DNA of 64,000 nucleotides. Source: Sphingomonadales bacterium (GTDB lineage Bacteria; Pseudomonadota; Alphaproteobacteria; Sphingomonadales; Sphingomonadaceae). Positions 41,537 to 49,871 of this stretch are shown here, one piece after another. The stretch spans positions 208-64,207 of the forward strand of contig JAYUPB010000090.1 in the NCBI GenBank assembly GCA_043760405.1. The letters run 5' to 3'. The notes under the pieces were generated by a model. The model was not told the origin of the DNA. It worked only from the letters and a program-made list of their open reading frames with translations, and did no database searches. Numbering within the stretch: position 1 is the stretch's first letter; each line of letters starts with the position of its first letter. A program made the translations under genes and the position numbers.

Positions 41537-42771
41537 AGCTCCATGACCTCGCGGTAATATTTGTACATGCCGCGCACCAGGCATTCGGTGACCATATGCT
41601 CAGTATTGCCGGTGCCGGTGCCATCCAGTTCGGAGATGGTTTCGCTCCAAAGATCGGTGGAAAGCCCTTGCTGTGCGAATTCGATCACTTCACCGTCGTC
41701 GGCGGAAACAAATCCGGCAGGTCCAAATAAATTGGCCTGTCGCAATCTCCGTTCGGTCATTTCCTCGTCGTCGTCTCCAAACCCGAAATGGGTCCACACA
41801 AAATCAAATGCACTCGGACCGCGCGGAATGATATGGCGGGTCGACAATGAATTAACCTGCTGCTGTACGATGACTGACGGAAAGAGCGTCGTCATCACGA
41901 CCGTCGGCCCATTCCACCAAGCTTCGGGGGCGACATCCAAGAGACGCGGGTCGTTTAGTTGCATGCCTTTTTTGAAACTTGTTACGCCCGATGTAACCTC
42001 GCTGTCGTCGCCCTCGTTGCGTGCCGAAACCATACAGGCATGGCGGCCGGTATCATCCATTACCATCCGGCTGGTCTGATCGGCGCGCCAAAGTCCAAAG
42101 GTGACAAACCAAGTGTGGAGCAACCCGGGATGATACCCGTCCTTGATATTCTCCATCATCAGTTTCCAGTTGCCCGGAATACGTTGCCGGGAATAACCAA
42201 GGATTTTGATTTTCTTGCCGTCGAATACCCGGTCATAATAACCCAGTACCGTTTTCCCGACATAGTCTTCAAATGGTTCTACATTGTGGTCGAAGCTCGC
42301 AAAAATGACACCATTACGGATATGAACTTTCAACTGGTTAAGTCCGTGGTCCGCCATTTGGAAATCATCTGGCATACCGCCATTGCCCTTGACGCCGTTT
42401 TTGAATGGGACACCGAGCAACTTTCCATCCAGCGCATAATTCCATTGGTGATAGGGGCAAACCAGCGATGTCGCCTTGCCAAATTTCTTTCGGCAAAACC
42501 GCACGCCGCGGTGCGCGCAATGGTTCTCGACAACATGGATTTCGCCGTGGCGGTCGCGAGTCACGATAACAGACCGCTCGCCGATAAAGGTGGTTTTGAA
42601 GCTTTTTGGTTCCGGCAGTTCGGCTTCTAATCCAACGTAATTCCAGTGCTTGCCGTAGAACAGCCGTTCCAGTTCGCGCGCATAGATGCCTGGATCGGAA
42701 TAGAGCGCATAGGGCACGCGGCTGGTTTTGTTGTTCTGCCATGCAAATCCGGCTTGGGGGGAAGTGGTCAT
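41533..42771 (-). CDS. Rieske oxygenase alpha subunit, salicylate 5-hydroxylase (NagG)-like
   Basis: Rieske motif CAHRG-x-CPYHQW (CxH-x17-CxxH) and mononuclear Fe motif DGYHPGLLH (Dx2Hx4H). N-terminus SRVPYALYSDPGIYARELERLFYG. Confidence 0.9.
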   Translation of the reverse strand: MTTSPQAGFAWQNNKTSRVPYALYSDPGIYARELERLFYGKHWNYVGLEAELPEPKSFKTTFIGERSVIVTRDRHGEIHVVENHCAHRGVRFCRKKFGKATSLVCPYHQWNYALDGKLLGVPFKNGVKGNGGMPDDFQMADHGLNQLKVHIRNGVIFASFDHNVEPFEDYVGKTVLGYYDRVFDGKKIKILGYSRQRIPGNWKLMMENIKDGYHPGLLHTWFVTFGLWRADQTSRMVMDDTGRHACMVSARNEGDDSEVTSGVTSFKKGMQLNDPRLLDVAPEAWWNGPTVVMTTLFPSVIVQQQVNSLSTRHIIPRGPSAFDFVWTHFGFGDDDEEMTERRLRQANLFGPAGFVSADDGEVIEFAQQGLSTDLWSETISELDGTGTGNTEHMVTECLVRGMYKYYREVMEL

Positions 42772-42844
42772 ATTCAATGTTCCATGGTCTTCATATCTTC
42801 GGTGAGCGATGCCCGAATCCTGGTAAAAAAATGTCGACTTAATA

Positions 42845-42860
42845 AGTAAAACGTTTAATG
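42845..42860. promoter_or_regulatory. LacI-family-type operator, site 1 (AGTAAAACGTTTAATG)
   Basis: 13/16 match to the local consensus AGTAAAACGTTTTACT. It lies in the divergent region between the Rieske oxygenase and the FAH-family gene. Confidence 0.55.
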
Positions 42861-42974
42861 CAATAATTTCCACCAAATACGAATGATGTCAATGGCGAAT
42901 CCTTAGCGTGAGAATTCCGAGGCTCATGCCAAGCCGCTCGATATCGTTCACCTTGCCGTGCCATGGAGGCTAAA

Positions 42975-43658
42975 ATGACTCTCGTTTTTCCAGCTACGCC
43001 CATCACAACAGTTGAGATTAAGGACGAAGACGCATATTTTCCCGTGCGTCGCGTTTACTGTGTCGGCCGCAACTATCTCGCACACGCACGTGAGATGGGA
43101 GCGGACGAGCGGGAAGCCCCGTTTTTCTTCACCAAATTCACCGACACTGTCGTGCCGTCCGGCACGGTTTTGGCCTATCCGCCCCGCACAGCAGACTTTC
43201 ATTACGAAGGCGAGCTGGTCATTGCGATTGGCACACCGGCGTCTAAAGTGAGCGTTGGCGATGCGTTGCAGACGGTATTCGGTTATGCTTGCGGGCTAGA
43301 TATGACACGCCGCGATTTGCAGTTGATCGCACGCGACAAGGGACGCCCGTGGGACATGGGCAAGAATTTCAGTCAAGCCGCCGTCATGGGACCGATTATG
43401 CGGCGGGATGCGGTCGGCGACTTGGCAGGCAAGATGCTGACGCTAAAAGTAAACGGCGTCGTTGCCCAGGAAACCGACCTGGAATTGCTGATATGGTCTT
43501 GCGCTGAAATCATATCGGAATTGAGCCATTATGATGATCTGGCACCAGGTGACCTGATTTACACAGGCACGCCTGCGGGTGTTGGGGCGGTTAAACCCGG
43601 CGACCGGATAGACCTCAGTATTGACGGATTAACGAGTATATACGCGTTGGTGGCGTGA
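42975..43658 (+). CDS. FAH-family hydrolase (fumarylpyruvate hydrolase-like)
   Basis: About 227 aa with VYCVGRNYLAHAREMG and HYEGELVIAIG motifs. A GGAGG SD lies 5 nt before the ATG at 42975. Confidence 0.85.
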   Translation: MTLVFPATPITTVEIKDEDAYFPVRRVYCVGRNYLAHAREMGADEREAPFFFTKFTDTVVPSGTVLAYPPRTADFHYEGELVIAIGTPASKVSVGDALQTVFGYACGLDMTRRDLQLIARDKGRPWDMGKNFSQAAVMGPIMRRDAVGDLAGKMLTLKVNGVVAQETDLELLIWSCAEIISELSHYDDLAPGDLIYTGTPAGVGAVKPGDRIDLSIDGLTSIYALVA

Positions 43659-44284
43659 TGGCCGATTATATTCTGTATGATTTTCCGCGTTCGTCCGCAT
43701 CATACCGCGTACGCATAGCGCTAGCACTGAAAGGCATCGACTATCAAACGCACGCCATCGATCTTAGGGCAGGCGAACAGCGCGCACCGGATTATTGTGC
43801 GGTGGCACCAGCGGGGCTTGTGCCGGCCTTGATGCTGCCTGACAAAACGATATTAACCCAATCATTAGCCATTATGCGGTTTTTAGACACTGTGGCAGAG
43901 CCGCGCCTGTTTCCATGCGATCCCTTGGCGGATGCGCGGGTATCTGCGCTCTCCTTAGCCATTGCCTGTGACATCCACCCACTCAACAACCTTCGTGTGT
44001 TGGGTTATTTGCAAAATGAATTGGCCGTTTCGGACAACGCCAGAACCGATTGGTATGCGCATTGGGTGCAGACGGGATTTGCAGCCCTCGAACCCGAAAT
44101 TACCAAATATGGTGGTTTATATTGTTATGGGAATACTCTCACAGCTGCTGACGTCTGTCTGGTTCCCCAGATGGCGAATGCGCGCCGTTTCAATGTTGAT
44201 GTGAGCGCATTCAAGCTATTGTGCGAGATAAATGATCGGCTTTGCACCATCCCGGAGTTTGTTGCAGCGGCACCCATGTTGTAA
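43658..44284 (+). CDS. maiA: Zeta-class GST, maleylpyruvate/maleylacetoacetate isomerase
   Basis: The RSSASYRVRIALALKG motif is the zeta-GST signature. A TGATG overlap joins it to the upstream gene. Confidence 0.85.
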   Translation: MADYILYDFPRSSASYRVRIALALKGIDYQTHAIDLRAGEQRAPDYCAVAPAGLVPALMLPDKTILTQSLAIMRFLDTVAEPRLFPCDPLADARVSALSLAIACDIHPLNNLRVLGYLQNELAVSDNARTDWYAHWVQTGFAALEPEITKYGGLYCYGNTLTAADVCLVPQMANARRFNVDVSAFKLLCEINDRLCTIPEFVAAAPML

Positions 44285-44290
44285 CGCTGC

Positions 44291-44334
44291 GTGGCAGCAA
44301 GGCGCGTACCATCAACCTGTGCCTGCCACTTTTC
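44291..44334 (+). terminator. Probable terminator after maiA
   Basis: GTGGCAG (44291-44297) pairs with CTGCCAC (44323-44329), followed by TTTTCG. The loop is large. Confidence 0.4.
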
Positions 44335-44401
44335 GTGCACTTGTTTGGCATCGCCCTCTTTCTGACTGACCACAAACGACCTTGACTAAAGCTTAAAAAA
44401 T

Positions 44402-44417
44402 AGTGAAACGTTTCACT
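44402..44417. promoter_or_regulatory. LacI-family-type operator, site 2 (AGTGAAACGTTTCACT)
   Basis: Perfect 16-bp palindrome. The core TGAAACGTTTCA equals the classical Cra/FruR-type LacI-family half-site arrangement. It lies about 120 bp upstream of the ALDH gene. Confidence 0.7.
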
Positions 44418-44461
44418 GTGTTCGGCCACATGATCGATTTTTGAACAAATAAGGTGAAAGA

Positions 44462-44539
44462 ATGCGCAGTGTTTTACCGCAGCGGCAACATGGGCCGCAG
44501 CAGCAGTTAGAGCCAATGTTAAGTCTAAAGGATCAATGA
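44462..44539 (+). CDS. Candidate 25-codon leader ORF (MRSVLPQRQHGPQQQLEPMLSLKDQ)
   Basis: AAGGTGA SD at 44451-44457 and ATG at 44462. The TGA stop (44537-44539) overlaps the ALDH ATG (44536) as ATGA. Confidence 0.25.
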   Translation: MRSVLPQRQHGPQQQLEPMLSLKDQ

Positions 44540-45984
44540 TGCGGATTCAAAGCCTCATTGATGGGCAGTGGGTTGGCGGCGGTCAGCTGCTGCCAAACAA
44601 CAATCCGTCCGACCTTTCCGACATTGTCGGCGAATACGCGCCGCTGGATCAGGCCTGCGTTGCTCAAGCGATAAGCGCTGCAAAGGCGGCCGCGCCTTCG
44701 TGGGGACTGTCAACGATACAGCAGCGTCATGATATTCTGAAGGCGGCAGGCGACGCTCTGCTCGCGCGATGCCAAGAAATCGGTGCGGTGCTCGCTCGGG
44801 AAGAGGGAAAAACGCTTGCGGAAGCCATCGGCGAAACCCGGCGCGCGGCGCAGATTTTCCATTTTTTCTCTGGGGAATGCCTGCGCAGCGGCGGAGAATA
44901 TCTGCCAAGCGTGCGCGCAGACGTGACCGTCAGCATCTCACGCGAACCGGTGGGAGTTGTCGGCATTATCACCCCGTGGAATTTTCCGATTGCCATTCCG
45001 GCATGGAAGATCGCGCCCGCCCTCGCATGGGGCAACACGGTTATTTTCAAACCGGCGGAACTTGTCCCAGCATCGGCCTGGTTGCTGGTGTCGATATTGC
45101 AAGAGGCCGGATTGCCAGACGGCGTCCTCAACATGGTCATTGGTCGCGGCTCAGTCGCAGGGCAAGCAATGCTGCAATCAGCTGACATCGACGCATATAG
45201 TTTCACCGGTTCTACGCATACGGGGGCCATTGTTGCCGCAGCCGGTGCCCATAATCTCAGTCGTGTCCAGCTTGAAATGGGCGGTAAAAACGCTCTTGTC
45301 GTGCTCGATGACGCCGATCTGCCGCTTGCAGTTGACTGTGCAATCAACGGGGCATTTTTCTCGACGGGACAACGGTGTACGGCATCAAGCAGACTTATTG
45401 TGACCGAGGATATCCACGACCGCTTTATCGAAGCGATGACCACGAAAATGGCAACATTGAGGGTTGGGAATGCCCTTGATCCGCAAACCGATATCGGGCC
45501 GGTGGTCGACCAAAGGCAGCTGGACCAAGACGTCGACTACATTGAAATCGCCCAAAAAGAAGGCGGAAAGCTGGTTTGTGGCGGGCAAATAGTGCGCCAG
45601 GCAACTGAAGGTCATTACCTTACTCCCGCATTGTTTACAGAGACGAATGGCGCAATGCGCATCAACCGTGAAGAAGTGTTCGGCCCGGTCGCCAGCGTGA
45701 TCCGTGTCAAGAATTATGAAGAAGCGCTCGAAGTGACCAACGACAGCGACTTTGGCCTGACCGCAGGCATTTGCACGACGAGCCTGAAATACGCGGCACA
45801 TTTCAAGCAACACGCGCAGGTCGGGATGACGATGGTCAACCTTCCTACTGCCGGGGTTGACTATCATGTCCCGTTTGGCGGCAAGAAGGGCTCGAGTCTG
45901 GGTCCGCGCGAGCAGGGGAGCCATGCGCGCGAATTCTACACCAGCACTAAAACGTCTTATGAATTTTCGGGAAAGCTACAATGA
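44536..45984 (+). CDS. NAD(P)-dependent aldehyde dehydrogenase (alpha-ketoglutaric-semialdehyde dehydrogenase-like)
   Basis: 482 aa with LEMGGKNA (catalytic Glu) and FFSTGQRCTASSR (catalytic Cys). Confidence 0.9.
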   Translation: MMRIQSLIDGQWVGGGQLLPNNNPSDLSDIVGEYAPLDQACVAQAISAAKAAAPSWGLSTIQQRHDILKAAGDALLARCQEIGAVLAREEGKTLAEAIGETRRAAQIFHFFSGECLRSGGEYLPSVRADVTVSISREPVGVVGIITPWNFPIAIPAWKIAPALAWGNTVIFKPAELVPASAWLLVSILQEAGLPDGVLNMVIGRGSVAGQAMLQSADIDAYSFTGSTHTGAIVAAAGAHNLSRVQLEMGGKNALVVLDDADLPLAVDCAINGAFFSTGQRCTASSRLIVTEDIHDRFIEAMTTKMATLRVGNALDPQTDIGPVVDQRQLDQDVDYIEIAQKEGGKLVCGGQIVRQATEGHYLTPALFTETNGAMRINREEVFGPVASVIRVKNYEEALEVTNDSDFGLTAGICTTSLKYAAHFKQHAQVGMTMVNLPTAGVDYHVPFGGKKGSSLGPREQGSHAREFYTSTKTSYEFSGKLQ

Positions 45985-46967
45985 TGCGACTTGTGCAGAT
46001 TATTGACGACCAAGGACACCGCCGCGTAGCCAAGGTTGATGGGATGACCCTCGTTTTATTATCCGGCGTCGCATCGATACGCGACTTAGCATCGACAGCG
46101 ATAGCCAACGTCACGACAATTGAAGCACTGGTTTGCGATCTTCTATCAACCGAAATGCTTGATTACGACTCGGTTCAAGATAGCGGACGGCTGCTTCTGC
46201 CCATCGACCATGATGATCCTTACCGGCTGTTTATTACCGGAACAGGCCTCACCCATATTGGCAGCGCGACATTACGAAGTAACATGCACGGCGAAGATCC
46301 CGCGCAGGGAATGACCGATAGCGCCAAACTGTTTCGGGCTGGCCTTGAAAATGGCAAGCCGCCTGCCGGTGTGATCGGGGTGGAACCTGAATGGTTTTTC
46401 AAGGGGACCGGGCTCGATGCGCTACGCAGCGGCGAGCCACTCATCGCCCCCTTTCACGGAACAACAATCGGTGAAGAGGCAGAGCTTGCCGGCGTTTACA
46501 TCATTGCGCCCGACGGCACACCAAACCGAATCGGTTTCATATTGGCCAATGACGTTTCCGACCATGCATTTGAGCAACGCAATTATATGTATATCGCACC
46601 CTCGAAATTGCGTCCTTGCCCCATCGGCCCGGAACTTTTCATTGGCGTCTTACCCGATAGTGTTACTGGAACCGTGCGCGTAAAAAGGGGTGGCGCAACG
46701 ATTTGGGAAAGCTCGTTTGCCAGTGGCGAGGCGAATATGTCGCATAGCATTGCCAACCTTGAATATCATCATTTCAAGGGTGCTAGCGCACGGCGGCCCG
46801 GCGATGTACATTTGCACTTATTCGGCTGCGATGCATCGAGCGGAGCCGCTGGCGTTACTATTAAAGACGGCGATATTTTTGAAATCGATGCGCCCGTGAT
46901 GGGACGTCCATTGCGGAACGAGGTACACTTCGAGGCGCCGAAATCGGTTGCGGTGAAGTGTCTCTGA
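45981..46967 (+). CDS. FAH-superfamily protein of the GguC/AraD1 type
   Basis: 328 aa. The N-terminal MRLVQIIDDQGHRRVAKVDG...LLLPIDHDDPYRLFITGTGLTH resembles GguC/AraD1 (recalled). The ATGA start overlaps the ALDH stop. Confidence 0.65.
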   Translation: MMRLVQIIDDQGHRRVAKVDGMTLVLLSGVASIRDLASTAIANVTTIEALVCDLLSTEMLDYDSVQDSGRLLLPIDHDDPYRLFITGTGLTHIGSATLRSNMHGEDPAQGMTDSAKLFRAGLENGKPPAGVIGVEPEWFFKGTGLDALRSGEPLIAPFHGTTIGEEAELAGVYIIAPDGTPNRIGFILANDVSDHAFEQRNYMYIAPSKLRPCPIGPELFIGVLPDSVTGTVRVKRGGATIWESSFASGEANMSHSIANLEYHHFKGASARRPGDVHLHLFGCDASSGAAGVTIKDGDIFEIDAPVMGRPLRNEVHFEAPKSVAVKCL

Positions 46968-46978
46968 CACGGCGAAAG

Positions 46979-47461
46979 ATGAAAGCTGGCTGGTTGCTGG
47001 CTTTTGTTCTTTTGGGTGCCTGTGACGGTCGACGAGATCAAATCCGCTATTCCACCGCTCAACAAGATGATGAACGCGTTGCCGCAATGTATGCCATGCG
47101 CGCGATCGGCGTTGAGCTCGTCACGATGTTCGAAAACAAAAATCTGAAGCCTTCGCGCATTCGCGCGCTTACGAAGCAGTTGAAAAAGCAGGCAGACGCC
47201 TTGCCCCGGCACTTCGCTTTTGCGCCCGACCCAAAGCGCCGACCAGGCCCCGCCACCAAAGTATCTATTTGGACAGCACCCGTCGATTTTCAGAGGGCAA
47301 TGACCCTATTCCAGCGCAAATCGAGGAATTTGTCCGTAACCGTTGACGCTACACCGAATAGTGAACTGGAGAGCATATGGCCAGTTCTCGTCGATACCGG
47401 GGATTCTTGTACGGCCTGCCACAAGCAATTTCGGCTTGGAGGAGACCCCTCGCACGCATGA
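46979..47461 (+). CDS. Class II (c'/c556-type) cytochrome c, probable lipoprotein
   Basis: Lipobox LLGAC, predicted helical protein, and a single CTACH heme motif 12 residues from the C-terminus, the hallmark of class II cytochromes c. Confidence 0.65.
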   Translation: MKAGWLLAFVLLGACDGRRDQIRYSTAQQDDERVAAMYAMRAIGVELVTMFENKNLKPSRIRALTKQLKKQADALPRHFAFAPDPKRRPGPATKVSIWTAPVDFQRAMTLFQRKSRNLSVTVDATPNSELESIWPVLVDTGDSCTACHKQFRLGGDPSHA

Positions 47462-47516
47462 AGAAACTGTTCGGTTAGATGGGCCGAGTTGACGTCAAGA
47501 TTTTTTGAGATAAATT

Positions 47517-47532
47517 AGTAAAACGTTTTACT
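47517..47532. promoter_or_regulatory. LacI-family-type operator, site 3 (AGTAAAACGTTTTACT)
   Basis: Perfect 16-bp palindrome, 18 bp upstream of the EF-hand gene start and overlapping its likely promoter/5'UTR. Confidence 0.7.
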
Positions 47533-47549
47533 CAAACAAAGGTGAGCTA

Positions 47550-48029
47550 ATGTCAAAATGGAAAAACGGAAAGCGGTTAATGCTGTCGCTGCTTGGCGCG
47601 GCAATGCTGGCTGCGCCAACCGCTTCATACGCGGATGAAACCGCGCACAAGATGCTTGATAAAGCGGCTGTCAAAACAGGCCCTGGCGGCGCGGCGCGCG
47701 AAGTCATGGAAGAAGCGTTGCATCAGTTCTGGGCTTTTTTCAAAGGCGGCGACGCTGACCAGAGCGGATATATTGACGAAAAGGAATTTTTTGCTCATCC
47801 CGTTTATGAAGGTGCAAAATGGAATAAGGAGCAGATTACGTTCGTATTCTGGATGGTCGACGATGACAAAGATAATAAAGTATCGTTGCAGGAATGGTTC
47901 AACAACGAGCTTGGCCAATTTCAGCTTGGTGACAAGAATCATGACGGGATCATCGATCAAAAAGAATATGATGCTCTTCTCGAAATACAGCAGAAGCTTT
48001 TTCGGGATATGAAGTTTCCTAATGATTAA
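47550..48029 (+). CDS. Periplasmic triple EF-hand calcium-binding protein (paralog A)
   Basis: Signal peptide plus three canonical 12-residue loops: DADQSGYIDEKE, DDDKDNKVSLQE and DKNHDGIIDQKE. Confidence 0.8.
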   Translation: MSKWKNGKRLMLSLLGAAMLAAPTASYADETAHKMLDKAAVKTGPGGAAREVMEEALHQFWAFFKGGDADQSGYIDEKEFFAHPVYEGAKWNKEQITFVFWMVDDDKDNKVSLQEWFNNELGQFQLGDKNHDGIIDQKEYDALLEIQQKLFRDMKFPND

Positions 48030-48636
48030 GGGTGATGCCCTTGGCGTAAGTCGACTACGACTGCTGCTGGCTATACCGGCGGGCCTCGTCTTGGCAGCAG
48101 CATCGCCGGCACCGTCGTTCGAAGTAACCGACAGTGCTGGCGTTGTGCACCGATCATCGGACTACCGCGGCAAGGTGATCATCCTGGAATGGATGAACCC
48201 GTATTGCGATGCCAACGGCAAATATTACAACAGTAAAAAGCTCCCTAGATTGCAAGCGAAGTGGAATGATGAAAAGACGGCTTGGCTGATGATCAATTCG
48301 TATAAGCCTGACCAAGAAGGCTATGTCAGTGCGAACGTCGCCCGCTATCTTCTGATGTCAACCGGAGCCAAGGTAGATGGTTTCGTTTCAGATTCGTCCG
48401 GGGATCTCGCCAAAGCCTATGATATCGACCAAGTTCCTTCAGCAGTTATCATCGACGCCGATGGTAATTTGGCATATCGAGGCTCATTCGACGATTATGA
48501 AGGTGATGATCCTGCTGGGTTGCTTGAAGCGCCAAGTCATATCGATGATGTTTTGACTTCTTTGGCAACAGGCGCGGTGCCCGCAAAATCGGGCAGCAAG
48601 CCGAATGGCTGCTCGTTCAACGGGAGAGCGAAATGA
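48022..48636 (+). CDS. Secreted thioredoxin-fold (redoxin-like) protein with a single Cys
   Basis: VIILEWMNPYCDANGKYYNS...WLMINSYKPDQEGY resembles redoxin-family proteins with EWTNxxCPxV (recalled), but the CPxV is replaced by CDAN. It overlaps the EF-hand gene by 8 nt. Confidence 0.5.
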   Translation: MIKGDALGVSRLRLLLAIPAGLVLAAASPAPSFEVTDSAGVVHRSSDYRGKVIILEWMNPYCDANGKYYNSKKLPRLQAKWNDEKTAWLMINSYKPDQEGYVSANVARYLLMSTGAKVDGFVSDSSGDLAKAYDIDQVPSAVIIDADGNLAYRGSFDDYEGDDPAGLLEAPSHIDDVLTSLATGAVPAKSGSKPNGCSFNGRAK

Positions 48637-49865
48637 CAAAAACCCCAAAATTTTTCGCAATAACTGGCATGTTGGGGATATTCACTGCTGCGTCATGGGG
48701 GTCTACGGCATATCCTCAGGTCGCGCTGCCTCCATCAACTGTCGATCCCGATCTTGTCAGCGCGCGCATGGCTTTCCCCTCGCCGCCGCTTAATGTCGTT
48801 ACATTCCGTTCATTTGATCGTCTGTTCGAAAACGAACCAGTATCTGCATCATCGCGACCTTGGCTTATCCCGAGTGACAAACAAAACTTCGCTTTAAAAT
48901 ACCAGTATGACGGCAAAAACCTTAGGCTCGACGATTTCCTGAGCCGTACCTATACCAATGCATTCATTGTCATTAAAGACGGCCACATAGTGAGCGAACA
49001 CTACCGGAATGGTGGCGATGCAACATCGCGCTACGCAGTATTTTCGATTGCCAAATCTTTGGTATCAATGCTTGTTGGCATCGCCATTGATAGAGGTGAA
49101 ATAGCATCAGTCGATGATCCAATCACGCGCTATGCACCTGAGTTTATGGGGACCGCATACGAAGGGGTTTCGCTGCGCGATGCTTTACAGATGCGATCTG
49201 GCGTAGACTTCAGCGAGGACGGAGCCCCATTCTTCAATTTCCTAGAAACTGTCATCGCCGGCAATCAGCAGCGATGTGCGGATTTCATCAAGTCTGCTCC
49301 GCGTGCACATGCACCCGGCACAACGTTCAATTATTCCTCCCCCGAAACATGCGTGATCGCGCGGGTTTTAGAAAAAGCTACCGGCCAGCGCTTATCGAAA
49401 TATATGGAGCGTCATCTTTGGCATGCCGCCGGAATGGAGTACCCAGGATATTGGGTTTTAGACGGGAAGCCTGGAACAGGCACTGCAATCGCCAATGGCG
49501 GTTTTGGTGCATCGGCGCGTGATCTGGCGCGTGTTGGTCAACTTATGCTCGATGGCGGAGTTGCCGGCAAAAGACGCATTTTGCCGGCGGATTGGGCGGC
49601 GCGCTCCACGGCGACTGACGGTGAAACCGGCAAAAAGCGGCGTGAAGGCTATGGCTATCAATGGTGGACGTTAGGAGAGCCTGACGCGTTTGCCGGCGTC
49701 GGTTTACACGGCCAATATCTCTATGTTGTTCCTTCGCAGAAACTTGTCATTGTTAAATTTAGTTACTGGCCGACTGGTTGGGACGAAAAGCTGGAACAGG
49801 AAACAATCGCAGCCTTCAAGGCAATTGGTGATACTGGTTCTAGAGTCGGTGGACACAAAAAATAG
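48633..49865 (+). CDS. Secreted beta-lactamase-fold (class C-type) serine hydrolase
   Basis: SIAK (SxxK) nucleophile motif and a 410-aa signal-bearing protein. The ATGA start overlaps the upstream gene. Confidence 0.85.
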   Translation: MTKTPKFFAITGMLGIFTAASWGSTAYPQVALPPSTVDPDLVSARMAFPSPPLNVVTFRSFDRLFENEPVSASSRPWLIPSDKQNFALKYQYDGKNLRLDDFLSRTYTNAFIVIKDGHIVSEHYRNGGDATSRYAVFSIAKSLVSMLVGIAIDRGEIASVDDPITRYAPEFMGTAYEGVSLRDALQMRSGVDFSEDGAPFFNFLETVIAGNQQRCADFIKSAPRAHAPGTTFNYSSPETCVIARVLEKATGQRLSKYMERHLWHAAGMEYPGYWVLDGKPGTGTAIANGGFGASARDLARVGQLMLDGGVAGKRRILPADWAARSTATDGETGKKRREGYGYQWWTLGEPDAFAGVGLHGQYLYVVPSQKLVIVKFSYWPTGWDEKLEQETIAAFKAIGDTGSRVGGHKK

Positions 49866-49871
49866 TCTGCA

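Noticed and set aside
44727-45443. 238-aa minus-strand ORF
   Set aside because: It is antisense to the aldehyde dehydrogenase, which carries both catalytic motifs. Shadow ORF.
47489-47506. TTGACGTCAA perfect palindrome followed by a T-run, considered as a terminator or CRE-like site
   Set aside because: The palindrome has no loop, so only a very short hairpin could form. A single occurrence gives no supporting context.
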